From Gallionellaceae bacterium UBA2239 (GTDB taxonomy: Bacteria; Pseudomonadota; Gammaproteobacteria; Burkholderiales; UBA9220), in assembly GCA_002347615.1 (NCBI GenBank), contig DDYH01000050.1, positions 12,753 to 76,752 of the forward strand: 64,000 bases of DNA, read 5' to 3'. The notes beneath the pieces are model-generated. The model saw only the letters and a list, made by a program, of their open reading frames with translations, ran no database searches and was not told where the DNA came from. Below, one piece after another: positions 23,578-34,114 of the stretch (its first letter is position 1; each line of letters opens with the position of its first letter). Position numbers and translations under genes: made by a program.

Positions 23578-23853
23578 ATGCTCCACGTAACGAAACACGG
23601 CCACAAATGCTGCGGCACCTGCGAACACTGGAACGGCGTTCGGGTGCATGAAGACGACGGCCACATCTACTCCCTGGGAAACGTGGAAGCCGTGTGCCGC
23701 AAGCTGGTGGGCGCCGGCGGAAACTCCGTTCCGCTCACCCTGCCGTCGGGGCCCGCCTGCCCGGAATGGGAAAGCTGGGATGAGACCCTCACCCCGTCGG
23801 GCCTACCGGAACGCCGCAGCGGCTGGGTAAGCCGGGCTTTCTGGCCGGACTGA
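23578..23853 (+). CDS. Small Cys-containing hypothetical protein
   Basis: 91-aa ORF containing HKCCGTCEHW and PACPEW. I recognise no family. Coding status rests only on ORF length and GC3-type codon usage. Confidence 0.35.
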   Translation: MLHVTKHGHKCCGTCEHWNGVRVHEDDGHIYSLGNVEAVCRKLVGAGGNSVPLTLPSGPACPEWESWDETLTPSGLPERRSGWVSRAFWPD

Positions 23854-23861
23854 TCCCGCCG

Positions 23862-25931
23862 TCAGTCGATCCGGAAGCGCCCCACCACCTCCCGCAACCG
23901 CAGAGCCAGTTCGCTCATGCGATGGGCGTCGGAGGCGGATTTCCCGACGGCGGCGCTGTTTTCCTCCGCCATGCCTGAAATGGCTTCCACGTTGCGGGCG
24001 ATATCATGGCTGGCGGCCTTCTGTTCCGCCGCCAGGGCGCTGATGTCGTCCACGCCGTGGGTGGTCCGGGTGACGGAATTGTTGGCTTCGGCCAGCACCT
24101 CCGCCACGTTTTCCAGGTAGTCCTGGCTGGTCTGGAGGGAGTGGACCCCCTGCTGAATCGCCGCTTCCACCGACCCCGCCTGATTTCCCAGCAATTCCGT
24201 CACGCTGTCGATTTCCCGCGCCGACTGGGCGGACATCTCCGCCAGCTTGCGCACCTCGTCGGCCACCACCGAGAAGCCCCGCCCGTGCTCCCCCGCCCTG
24301 GCCGCCTCGATGGCGGCGTTGAGGGCCAGCAGGTTGGTCTGGTTGGCGATGTCCTTCACCTGGCCGGTCATGCCGGTGATGGCCCGGGTGCTGGCGACGA
24401 ATTCGCCCACCGCCAGGGCGATCTGCTGCACCGCTTCCTCCACCCGCCCCATTTCCCCCATCAGGCCGGACAGGCTTTCGTTGCCCCGATGGGTCTGGGC
24501 CAGGCCCTCCTGGGCGACGCGGCGCACCTCCGCCGCGCTGTCCGCCACCGCTGCGATGCTCACCGTCATCTGCTCCACCGCCGCAGCGGTGGAGGAGGAG
24601 GTTTCGCTCTGCACCTGGGAACTGCGGCTCACCTGGTCCGCCGCATCCACCTGCGCCCCCGCCGCCTCGGCCACTTCGGCCACCGCCTCATGCACTTCCC
24701 GCAGCACCGACTGCAGCTTCTCCACGAAGTGGTTGAAGGCGGCCGAGGTGCTGCCCACCTCGTCCCTGGCGTAGGCATCCAGGCGCTTGGTCAAATCCCC
24801 TTCGCCGGCGGACAACTCCACCATGGACGAGCGCAGATGGTCCAGGTGGTGCAGCTTCAGCACCAGCATGCGCAGGGTGACCAGGGACACCCCCACCATC
24901 GCCACGAACAAGCCCATGTAGCCCACCATCTGCAGCAGGCTGATCCGGGCCGCCCGTTCGGCCTCCCGGTTGCCCACCGCAGACAGGGCATCGGCCACGG
25001 CGGAGATGGAGTTGATGGCGTCGGTGGCCTGCCGGAACCATTCCCCCGCCGCAATGCCGTAGTGGCCCGGCAGGCCGCTTTCAGCCGCCACGGCTTCGGC
25101 ATAGATACGGTTGCGGGTGTCGTTGAAACGGCCGAGGAAGTTGGCCTCCATGGCAGAGATGGCCTGTTTTACGGACGGGTCGCCCCCCGGGACATCCTTC
25201 AGGAACAGGATTTCCCGCAGATTGCCATCCACCGTCTGGCGATAGGCCTGGAGCTTCTGCAGCAGCTCCGGCTTGGCAGGGGCGTGGCTGTTGATGAGGG
25301 CGGCGATGTTGGCCCGCTCCAGGCCGGCGTATTCGCTCGCCAGCCAGACCGCGTGCTTGATGGTGAGGTTGGGAAAGGTGACGGAAGGCGGCGCGGTTTC
25401 GCCGCCGAAGGCGGTGATGCGCAGCCGGGCGGCATCGCCGATGAAACCGGTCATGGTGCCCAGCCACTCCGCCACCTGGATGTCGCGGCTGTCTTTTTTC
25501 AGGCTGCTGTCCACTTGCAGCCGGGCCTGTTCCACCGCCCGGCGCGATTTCATCACCTGGTCCAGGGCGGGGGGAAAGCCGGCGTAAACGCCCCCCTGGG
25601 TGCTCAGCTGGCGGGCAATGGCCGCCGCTTCGCCCCAGGCCCCGTCCCCCGATTCCCGTGCCTTGCGGATAGTCTCCAGGGCCGCTGGCTGGGCCGGGCC
25701 GGAAGCGCTCAGGGCCGCGGCCGACGCCCCCCGTTCGATGGCCTGCTGGGCAGCGGCGTAGATGATGCGGTCCGCCATGTGGTTGGCCTGGATGGTAAAG
25801 CGGGCAATTTCATGCCCGTGCCAGCTGTGCCAGGCATAGTAGCCGGCAATCCACAGCAGCAGCAGCGGCGCCCCCAGGCTGGCATACACCACGGCACGCA
25901 ACTTGAGGTCGTCCAGACGCCTGATATCCAT
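23862..25931 (-). CDS. Methyl-accepting chemotaxis protein with a periplasmic NIT (nitrate/nitrite-sensing)-like domain
   Basis: The ATG at 25931 is preceded by a G-rich RBS. The sensor carries two NIT-type motifs ([17 protein letters not shown] and [16 protein letters not shown]), followed by a TM helix and a HAMP domain. The signalling hairpin is [37 protein letters not shown]. Confidence 0.8.
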   Translation of the reverse strand: MDIRRLDDLKLRAVVYASLGAPLLLLWIAGYYAWHSWHGHEIARFTIQANHMADRIIYAAAQQAIERGASAAALSASGPAQPAALETIRKARESGDGAWGEAAAIARQLSTQGGVYAGFPPALDQVMKSRRAVEQARLQVDSSLKKDSRDIQVAEWLGTMTGFIGDAARLRITAFGGETAPPSVTFPNLTIKHAVWLASEYAGLERANIAALINSHAPAKPELLQKLQAYRQTVDGNLREILFLKDVPGGDPSVKQAISAMEANFLGRFNDTRNRIYAEAVAAESGLPGHYGIAAGEWFRQATDAINSISAVADALSAVGNREAERAARISLLQMVGYMGLFVAMVGVSLVTLRMLVLKLHHLDHLRSSMVELSAGEGDLTKRLDAYARDEVGSTSAAFNHFVEKLQSVLREVHEAVAEVAEAAGAQVDAADQVSRSSQVQSETSSSTAAAVEQMTVSIAAVADSAAEVRRVAQEGLAQTHRGNESLSGLMGEMGRVEEAVQQIALAVGEFVASTRAITGMTGQVKDIANQTNLLALNAAIEAARAGEHGRGFSVVADEVRKLAEMSAQSAREIDSVTELLGNQAGSVEAAIQQGVHSLQTSQDYLENVAEVLAEANNSVTRTTHGVDDISALAAEQKAASHDIARNVEAISGMAEENSAAVGKSASDAHRMSELALRLREVVGRFRID

Positions 25932-25982
25932 ACCCTTCCCCCCTTTTCCGCCCGCCCCCCTCACGGCACGGCAGCAAGGGGC

Positions 25983-26594
25983 CTAGCGCCGGACGAAGCG
26001 GCAATACACGAACTGCTGGGCTGCCCCCCCGGGGGTGGTGTGGATTTCCTCCACGCTTTCCACCCGCTCAAACCCTGCCGAAAACTGGCCATCGAGGTCC
26101 GACGGGGCATACCTCACCACCGGCAGGCCGCTGCATTGTTCCGGCCCCTGGGGGCCGAAGGTGGCCACGATCAGGCTGCCCCCGGGCCTTACCGCTTTCA
26201 TGGCAACCATCACGTAGGCCGCCCGCTCCGCCGGGTCGGTAAGGAAGTGGAACACCGCCCGGTCGTGCCACAGGGCATATTGCCGCAGGGGCTCGAACTT
26301 GGCCGCGTCCTCCACCAGCCAGTGGACCCGGTTGGCCCAGCCGCCGAGGCGCCGGTAGGCGACATCGATGGCGGCGGCGGAGATGTCCAGCACCGACACG
26401 TCCCCATAGCCCGCGTCCAGCAGCCGGTCCACCAGCAGGGAGGCGCCGCCCCCCACGTCGATGAGGGGCTCGCCCCGCTCGACGCCGGCCCGGGCGATCA
26501 GCTGCAAGGAGGTCTCCGGCCGGGGCTGAAACCAGCCCACCTCGTGGGCGGCCCTGGTGGTGTAGACGGTTTCCCAATGCGCTTTTCTGTCCAT
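25983..26594 (-). CDS. Class I SAM-dependent methyltransferase
   Basis: SAM-binding motif LIDVGGGASLLVDRLL and DVSVLDIS. The start is taken at the ATG at 26594; an upstream TTG at 26630 is possible. Confidence 0.7.
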   Translation of the reverse strand: MDRKAHWETVYTTRAAHEVGWFQPRPETSLQLIARAGVERGEPLIDVGGGASLLVDRLLDAGYGDVSVLDISAAAIDVAYRRLGGWANRVHWLVEDAAKFEPLRQYALWHDRAVFHFLTDPAERAAYVMVAMKAVRPGGSLIVATFGPQGPEQCSGLPVVRYAPSDLDGQFSAGFERVESVEEIHTTPGGAAQQFVYCRFVRR

Positions 26595-26646
26595 GGACGA
26601 AAGTATCGCCCAAGACGGACCAATATTCAAACGTATGTTTGAGCGC

Positions 26647-27009
26647 CTAGTGCTCGCCCTTGGTCCGCAACAGCCCCGCCAGGCGGTTGCCCTGCTTCTG
26701 GGGGCCGCCCATGGGGAAAATCTTGTGCAGGTAGATGTTGTTGCCCCGCTCCGGGCCCCACACCTCCTGGAAGTGCTTGATCATGGCCCGCACCTGGGCC
26801 TGGACCGCGTGTTCCTGGTAGTAGTCCCGCAGGTAGCGGATCACGTCCCAGTGCTCGTCGGTCAGCTCCAGTCCTTCCTGGGCCGCCAGGGCGCAGGCGA
26901 AATCCTCCGACCAGTCGTCCAGGTTTTTCAGGTAGCCCTCGGAGTCGGTCAGGATGTCCCGGCCGTTGACCTGTACGGCGCGGGTGTGCAGCGGCAGTTG
27001 CATGTCCAT
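26647..27009 (-). CDS. TusE/DsrC-family protein lacking the C-terminal cysteine(s)
   Basis: Contains TDSEGYLKNLDDWSEDFA, LTDEHWDVIRYLRDYY and YLHKIFPMGGPQKQGNRLAGL. It ends LLRTKGEH where the family normally has a ...P.GC. tail. Confidence 0.7.
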   Translation of the reverse strand: MDMQLPLHTRAVQVNGRDILTDSEGYLKNLDDWSEDFACALAAQEGLELTDEHWDVIRYLRDYYQEHAVQAQVRAMIKHFQEVWGPERGNNIYLHKIFPMGGPQKQGNRLAGLLRTKGEH

Positions 27010-27225
27010 GATAGGTCCCTCCTGTTCAGTGCCAATGTTGTTGCACGGCTATGATCGCTTGCCCTCCACTTTGCCGGCCTTGATCCAGATCAATAACCGA
27101 CAACCGCACTCAACAATAACACACATTGTAGGGACCGGCGTCCGACCCCCCGTTGGCAGCGGAGGTGAGGAAAGACAAGAGGTCGGGGCCGGTTGACGGG
27201 GCGGGGGACGAATCCCCCTTGTTCG

Positions 27226-27921
27226 TTAGCGTGCCAGGGCGCGCTTGGTACGCACGATCTGGTAGGACCGGGCCAGGTAGCCGATGGGCGCACTCCAGAT
27301 GTGCACCAGACGGGTGAACGGGAACAGCAGGAACACCGTCATGCCGAAGAACAGGTGCGTCTTGAAGATGCCGTCCACGTTGGCCAGCAGCGCGGGGTTG
27401 GGGTGCAGGTAGACGATGCTCTGCACCCAGTCCGCCAGGGCGATCATCACGCTGGGGTCGTTGTGCTCGGCGTGGCCCATGGACACCGGGATGGTGGACA
27501 GGCCCAGGGTCAGGGTCACCAGCAGCCAGGTGAGGATGAACTTGTCGGTGCCCCGGCTGGTGGCCGAGATGCGCGGGTTGAACATGCGCCGGAACCACAG
27601 CATGGCGCCGCCGATGATGCACAGGGTGCCGAACACCGATCCGGCCACGATGGCGACCATCTGGTGGGCCATGTCGGATACGCCCAGGGCCAGGAACACG
27701 CCGTGGGGCGTCAACAGGCCCACGGCATGGCCGAAGAAGATGGCGATGATGCCGATGTGGAACAGATTGCTCGCCACCCGCATGTTGGCCTTGGACAGGA
27801 GCTGGCTGGAATCGCTCTTCCAGGTGTACTGCTCCCGGTCGAAACGCAGCCAGCTGCCAAAGATGAAGATGGTGAGGGCGATGTAGGGATAGGCCCCGAA
27901 GATGAAGTTGTGCAGGTTCAT
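27226..27921 (-). CDS. narI: Respiratory nitrate reductase gamma subunit
   Basis: 231 aa with five TM helices. The N-terminus MNLHNFIFGAYPYIALTIFIFGSWLRFDREQYTW is typical of NarI. The gene is the last in narGHJI order. Confidence 0.9.
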   Translation of the reverse strand: MNLHNFIFGAYPYIALTIFIFGSWLRFDREQYTWKSDSSQLLSKANMRVASNLFHIGIIAIFFGHAVGLLTPHGVFLALGVSDMAHQMVAIVAGSVFGTLCIIGGAMLWFRRMFNPRISATSRGTDKFILTWLLVTLTLGLSTIPVSMGHAEHNDPSVMIALADWVQSIVYLHPNPALLANVDGIFKTHLFFGMTVFLLFPFTRLVHIWSAPIGYLARSYQIVRTKRALAR

Positions 27922-27959
27922 GATGTTCTCCTAGTTACGAAATTCCTTGGCTGCCCCCT

Positions 27960-28048
27960 CCTTCCCCCTTGAAGGGGGAAGGTTGGGATGGGGGTGATGG
28001 ATGCGCCGCGACACCCCCACCCTAACCCTCCCCCTTCAAGGGGGAGGG
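27960..28048. repeat. Pair of REP-like palindromes in the narJ-narI spacer
   Basis: ccttcccccttgaagggggaagg (27960-27982) and ccctcccccttcaagggggaggg (28026-28048). Confidence 0.8.
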
Positions 28049-28081
28049 AATTTCCGGGCTCGGCTTGCCTATTTCCTGAAT

Positions 28082-28600
28082 TCACGCCGCCAGCCGGGTC
28101 AGGTTGCCCCGCCCCTCGACGATGCGCAGCAGCGGCGCGTAGGGGCTCTTGGCTTTTTCCAGGTTGGCGGCCAGCACCGACAGCACCTTGATGCCGTCGG
28201 ACAGGAACATTCGCGCCTCGCTGTCCTCCAGGTAGGCGGTGAACTCCAGGATCAGGGGCAGGTAGTCCGGCAGCTCGTTGGCCGCCACTTCCACCCCGTA
28301 GTCCTTGTACAGCTCGCCCAGGTCGATCAGGGCCGGCCCCCGGTTCTTGTCGTCGCCGAACAGGTGGTGGGTCAGGTGCAGGCTGTGCTCCGCCGTGAGG
28401 TCGAAGGTCTGCACGTAATCCGCCTGGAGGGCGGTGAGGTCCTCCTCTTCCAGGTAGGCGAGGAACTTGCGCACCCCCGCCCGCTCCGCCTCGTCGACAT
28501 CCAGGCTGTCGGCCAGGGCCTGGCGGATTTCCGGCAGGTGGTCGATCAGTTCCCGGTCCGGGTACTCCAGCAGCACCGATAGCAGCTTGTAGAGTTTCAT
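28082..28600 (-). CDS. narJ: Nitrate reductase molybdenum cofactor assembly chaperone
   Basis: 172 aa beginning MKLYKLLSVLLEYPDRELI, in the NarJ/TorD-like family. It lies between narH and narI. Confidence 0.85.
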   Translation of the reverse strand: MKLYKLLSVLLEYPDRELIDHLPEIRQALADSLDVDEAERAGVRKFLAYLEEEDLTALQADYVQTFDLTAEHSLHLTHHLFGDDKNRGPALIDLGELYKDYGVEVAANELPDYLPLILEFTAYLEDSEARMFLSDGIKVLSVLAANLEKAKSPYAPLLRIVEGRGNLTRLAA

Positions 28601-28610
28601 GGCGAGTCTC

Positions 28611-30158
<1,548 letters not shown>

Positions 30159-30181
30159 GTTTCTCTCCTAAATCTGTTTAA

Positions 30182-30259
30182 CCGCGGAGGACGCGGAGGT
30201 CGCAGAGGAAAGGCGGGGGAACCTCAGATTTTCCTCCGCGTCCCCTGCGTCCTCTGCGG
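30182..30259. repeat. REP-like imperfect inverted repeat in the narG-narH spacer
   Basis: ccgcggaggacgcggaggtcgcagagg (30182-30208) pairs imperfectly with cctccgcgtcccctgcgtcctctgcgg (30233-30259). Confidence 0.7.
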
Positions 30260-30268
30260 TGAATGCCT

Positions 30269-33200
30269 TTACCTCGGGCCGATGCCAACCGGGTTGAGCT
30301 GCGCTTCCCGCTCGGGGGTGAGCGGCCGCTCCAGCCAGTCCACGTCCTTGTCGGCCACCTTGTGCAGCACCACTTGCTCGTCACGCTGGCAACCCACGGT
30401 GCCGTAGTAGTTGAAGCCATAGGCCAGCTGGGCGTAGCCGCCGATCATGTTGGTGGGCTTCACGATCACCCGGGTCACCGAGTTCAGGATGCCGCCCCGC
30501 TTGCCGGTGGAAGGCGAGCCCGGCACGTTCACGTTCTTCTCCTGGGCGTGGTACATCAGGGCCATGCCTCTCGGAACGCGCTGGGACACCACGCAGCGGG
30601 CCATGGTGGCACCGTTGGCGTTCACCGCTTCCACCCAGTCGTTGTCCTTGATGCCGATGGACTGGGCGTCGTCTTCGGAAATCCACACGTAGGGGCCGCC
30701 GCGGAACAGCTGCAGCATCCGCAGGTTGTCCTGGTAGCTGGAGTGGATGCCCCACTTGGAGTGCGGCGTGATCCAGTTCAGCACCAGGTGCGGCTTCTTG
30801 GCCACGGCGGCGGGAACGGTGTTCTGGGCCTTCATGTCCACCGGCGGACGGTAGGCGCAGAAGCCTTCGCCGAAGTCCAGCATCCACTCGTGGTCCTGGT
30901 AGAAGTGGGCGCGGCCGGTGAGGGTGCGGAACGGGATGTGCTCGTGGATGTTGGTGTAGCCCGCGGTGTAGGACACCTTCTCCGATTCGATGCCGGACCA
31001 GGTGGGCGCAGTGATGATCTTGCGCGGCTGGGCCTGGATGTCACGGAAGGTGATCTTGTCCTCGTGACGGCCGGCGTAGAGGTGGTGATGGTCGATGCCG
31101 GTCTTCTTGGACAGGGCGGACCACGACTTGTGGGCCACCTCGCCGTTGGTTTCCGGCGCCATGCGCATCACCGCGTCGCACACCGCGATGTCTTCCTCCA
31201 GGGACGGCATGCCGTAGGAAATGCCCGGCTCCTTCACCGTGTAGTTGCACTTCTTGAGCTCTTCGTACTCCTGCTCGGTGTTCCAGTCCAGGCCCTTGAT
31301 GTTGTTGCCGATCTTCACCATCAGGGGTCCGAGGGCGATGAACTTCTTGTAGGTGTTGGGGAAGTCCCGCTCCACCACGCGCAGGATCGGCATGGTCTTG
31401 CCGGGGATCGGCTCGCACTCGCCGTTCTTCCAGTCCTTCACCTGGCCCAGGGGCTGGGCCAGCTCGGCGGGGGAATCGTGCTGCATGGGCAGGGCCACCA
31501 GGTCCTTGCGGGTGCCCAGGTGCTTTTCCGCCAGCTTGGAGAAGGTCTTGGCGATGGTCTTGAAGATCTGCCAGTCGGACTTGGATTCCCAGGCCGGGCT
31601 CACCGCCTCCGACAGCGGGTGGATGAAGGGGTGCATGTCGGTGGTGTTGAGGTCGTGCTTCTCATACCAGGTGGCGGTGGGCAGCACGATGTCCGAGTAG
31701 GCGCCGGTGGAGTTGAGGCGGAAGTTGATGTCCACCATCAGGTCCAGCTTGGCGATGGGGGCGTCCTCGTGCCACTTGATCTCCTTGTTGTTCCGGCCGT
31801 CGCCGCTTTCCTGCAGCACGCCGTTCTGGGCGCCCAGGAGGTGCTTGAGGAAGTACTCGTGGCCCTTGGCGGAGGTGCCGATCAGGTTGGCGCGCCACAC
31901 GAACAGGTTGCGGGGCCAGTTCACCGGGTTGTCCACGTCGGCGTAGGCCACGTCCAGGCTGCCGTCCTTCAGCTTGCCGATGACGTGCTTGGCGATGCCC
32001 GCTTCGTCGGTGGCGCCCGCCTTCTCGGCTTCGGCCACCAGCTCGATGGGATTGGCGTTCCAGTGGGGAGCGGAAGGCAGCCAGCCGAGGCGGGTGGAGA
32101 CCACGTTGTAGTCGGCCAGGGAATAGCCCTTGTACTTGCCCTTGGCGGCGGGCTGCAGGAACTGGTCCGCGTCCACCGTCTCGTAGCGCCACTGGTCGGT
32201 GTGGAAATACCAGTAGGAGGTGGAGTTCTGGTGCCGGGGCGGGCGGTTCCAGTCCAGGGCGAAGGCGATGGGCGCCCAGCCGGCCTGGGGCCGCAGCTTT
32301 TCCTGGCCCACGTAGTGCGCCCAGCCGCCGCCGCTCTGGCCGACGCAGCCGCACATGTGCAGCAGGTTCATGATGGAGCGGTAGGCCAGGTCGTTGTGGT
32401 ACCAGTGGTTGATGGCCGCGCCCATGATGACCATGGACTTGCCCTGGGTCTTGGAGGCGTTTTCGGCGAACTCGCGGCCGGTGCGCTCCAGGTCGGCCGC
32501 CTTGACGCCGGTGACCCTGGACGCCCAGGCCGGGGTGTAGGCCACGCTGGCGTCGTCGTAGGAGGACGCCACGTTGCCGCCGCCCAGGCCCCGGTCGATG
32601 CCGTACTGGGCCACCTGCATGTCGAACACCGAGGTGACGTAGGCGTCGGAGCCGTCGGCCAGTTTGATCTTGCGGACCGGCACGTTGCGGTACAGCAGTC
32701 CTTCCTCGCCGGGCTGGAAGTGGGGGAAGCCGACGGAAACCACGGCGTCATGAGAGCTGACACTGCTCAGTTCGGCGCGGATTTCCGCCTGGCTGGCGGC
32801 GTTCTTGGGCAGCAGGTTCCACTTGCCTTCCTCGCCCCAGCGGAAGCCGATGCTCCCGTTGGGGGCGACGAAGGACTTGCTGTTCTCGTCATAGACGATG
32901 GTCTTCCATTCCGGGTTGTTGGTCTCCCCCAGTGCGCCGTCGAAGTCGGAAGCGCGCAGGAAGCGGTCGGACACGTAGCCGTCGCCGTGCTTACGCAGGA
33001 TCACCTGCATCGGCAGATCGGTGTAAGTGCGGGCGTAGTCGGTGAAGTACGGGTCCTGCTTGTCGATGAAGAATTCCTTCAGGGCCACGTGGCCCATGGC
33101 CAGGAAGGCGGCGGCGTCGGTGCCCTGCTTCACCGGCATCCACAGGTCGGCGAACTTCACGTATTCGGCGTAGTCCGGCGCCATGGACACGATCTTGGTG

Positions 33201-34024
33201 CCCTTGTAGCGGGTCTCGATGGCGAAGTGGGCGTCCGGCGTCCGGGTCATGGGCAGGTTGGCGCCGGTGATGATGAGGTAGGTGGAGTTGTACCAGTCCG
33301 CCGCTTCCGGCACGTCGGTCTGCTCGCCCCAGGTCTGGGGGGAGGCCGCCGGCAGGTCGCAGTACCAGTCGTAGAAGCTGCCGCAGGCGCCGCCGATGAG
33401 GGACAGGTAACGGCTGCCGGCCGCGTAGGAAATCATCGACATGGCGGGAATCGGCGAGAAGCCGTAAATCCGGTCCGGGCCCCACTTCTTGATGGTGTGC
33501 ACGTTGGCGGCGGCGATGATCTCGTTCACCTCGTCCCAGCCGGCGCGGACGAAGCCCCCCAGGCCGCGCACGGAGGTGTACTTCTTGCGCTTGGCCGGGT
33601 CGGCCTGGATGGCGCCCCAGGCTTCCACCGGGTCCTTGCCCGCCTTGCGCTCGGCCCGGTACAGGTCCAGCAGGCGGCCGCGGATCAGGGGATGCTTCAC
33701 CCGGTGCGGGCTGTACAGGTACCAGGAGAAGCTGGCGCCCCGCTGGCAGCCCCGCGGCTCGTGGTTGGGCATGTCCTCCCGGGTGCGGGGGTAGTCGGTC
33801 TGCTGCATTTCGAAGGACACCAGGCCGTTCTTGACGAAAATCTTCCAGGAACAGCCGCCGGTGCAGTTCACCCCGTGGGTGGAGCGCACCACCTTGTCGT
33901 GGCGCCAGCGGTTGCGGTACACGTCCTCCCAGTGGCGGTCCTCATGGGTGACGATGCCGTGGCCGTTGGAGAAGGTCTCCTTGACCTTGTCGAAGAACTT
34001 CAGTCGGTCGAGAAAGTGGCTCAT
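30269..34024 (-). CDS. narG: Respiratory nitrate reductase alpha subunit
   Basis: 1251 aa beginning MSHFLDRLKFF. The HGVNCTGGCSW Fe-S motif is present, followed by molybdopterin oxidoreductase sequence throughout. Confidence 0.95.
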   Translation of the reverse strand: MSHFLDRLKFFDKVKETFSNGHGIVTHEDRHWEDVYRNRWRHDKVVRSTHGVNCTGGCSWKIFVKNGLVSFEMQQTDYPRTREDMPNHEPRGCQRGASFSWYLYSPHRVKHPLIRGRLLDLYRAERKAGKDPVEAWGAIQADPAKRKKYTSVRGLGGFVRAGWDEVNEIIAAANVHTIKKWGPDRIYGFSPIPAMSMISYAAGSRYLSLIGGACGSFYDWYCDLPAASPQTWGEQTDVPEAADWYNSTYLIITGANLPMTRTPDAHFAIETRYKGTKIVSMAPDYAEYVKFADLWMPVKQGTDAAAFLAMGHVALKEFFIDKQDPYFTDYARTYTDLPMQVILRKHGDGYVSDRFLRASDFDGALGETNNPEWKTIVYDENSKSFVAPNGSIGFRWGEEGKWNLLPKNAASQAEIRAELSSVSSHDAVVSVGFPHFQPGEEGLLYRNVPVRKIKLADGSDAYVTSVFDMQVAQYGIDRGLGGGNVASSYDDASVAYTPAWASRVTGVKAADLERTGREFAENASKTQGKSMVIMGAAINHWYHNDLAYRSIMNLLHMCGCVGQSGGGWAHYVGQEKLRPQAGWAPIAFALDWNRPPRHQNSTSYWYFHTDQWRYETVDADQFLQPAAKGKYKGYSLADYNVVSTRLGWLPSAPHWNANPIELVAEAEKAGATDEAGIAKHVIGKLKDGSLDVAYADVDNPVNWPRNLFVWRANLIGTSAKGHEYFLKHLLGAQNGVLQESGDGRNNKEIKWHEDAPIAKLDLMVDINFRLNSTGAYSDIVLPTATWYEKHDLNTTDMHPFIHPLSEAVSPAWESKSDWQIFKTIAKTFSKLAEKHLGTRKDLVALPMQHDSPAELAQPLGQVKDWKNGECEPIPGKTMPILRVVERDFPNTYKKFIALGPLMVKIGNNIKGLDWNTEQEYEELKKCNYTVKEPGISYGMPSLEEDIAVCDAVMRMAPETNGEVAHKSWSALSKKTGIDHHHLYAGRHEDKITFRDIQAQPRKIITAPTWSGIESEKVSYTAGYTNIHEHIPFRTLTGRAHFYQDHEWMLDFGEGFCAYRPPVDMKAQNTVPAAVAKKPHLVLNWITPHSKWGIHSSYQDNLRMLQLFRGGPYVWISEDDAQSIGIKDNDWVEAVNANGATMARCVVSQRVPRGMALMYHAQEKNVNVPGSPSTGKRGGILNSVTRVIVKPTNMIGGYAQLAYGFNYYGTVGCQRDEQVVLHKVADKDVDWLERPLTPEREAQLNPVGIGPR

Positions 34025-34114
34025 GTTTTGCTCCTTGCAGTCGCGGTAAGGCGAGAGGCGTTAGGCGGGGGAAGGCGGAGGCGCACCCCTCTCGCCTCAC
34101 CCCTCACCGGTTAT

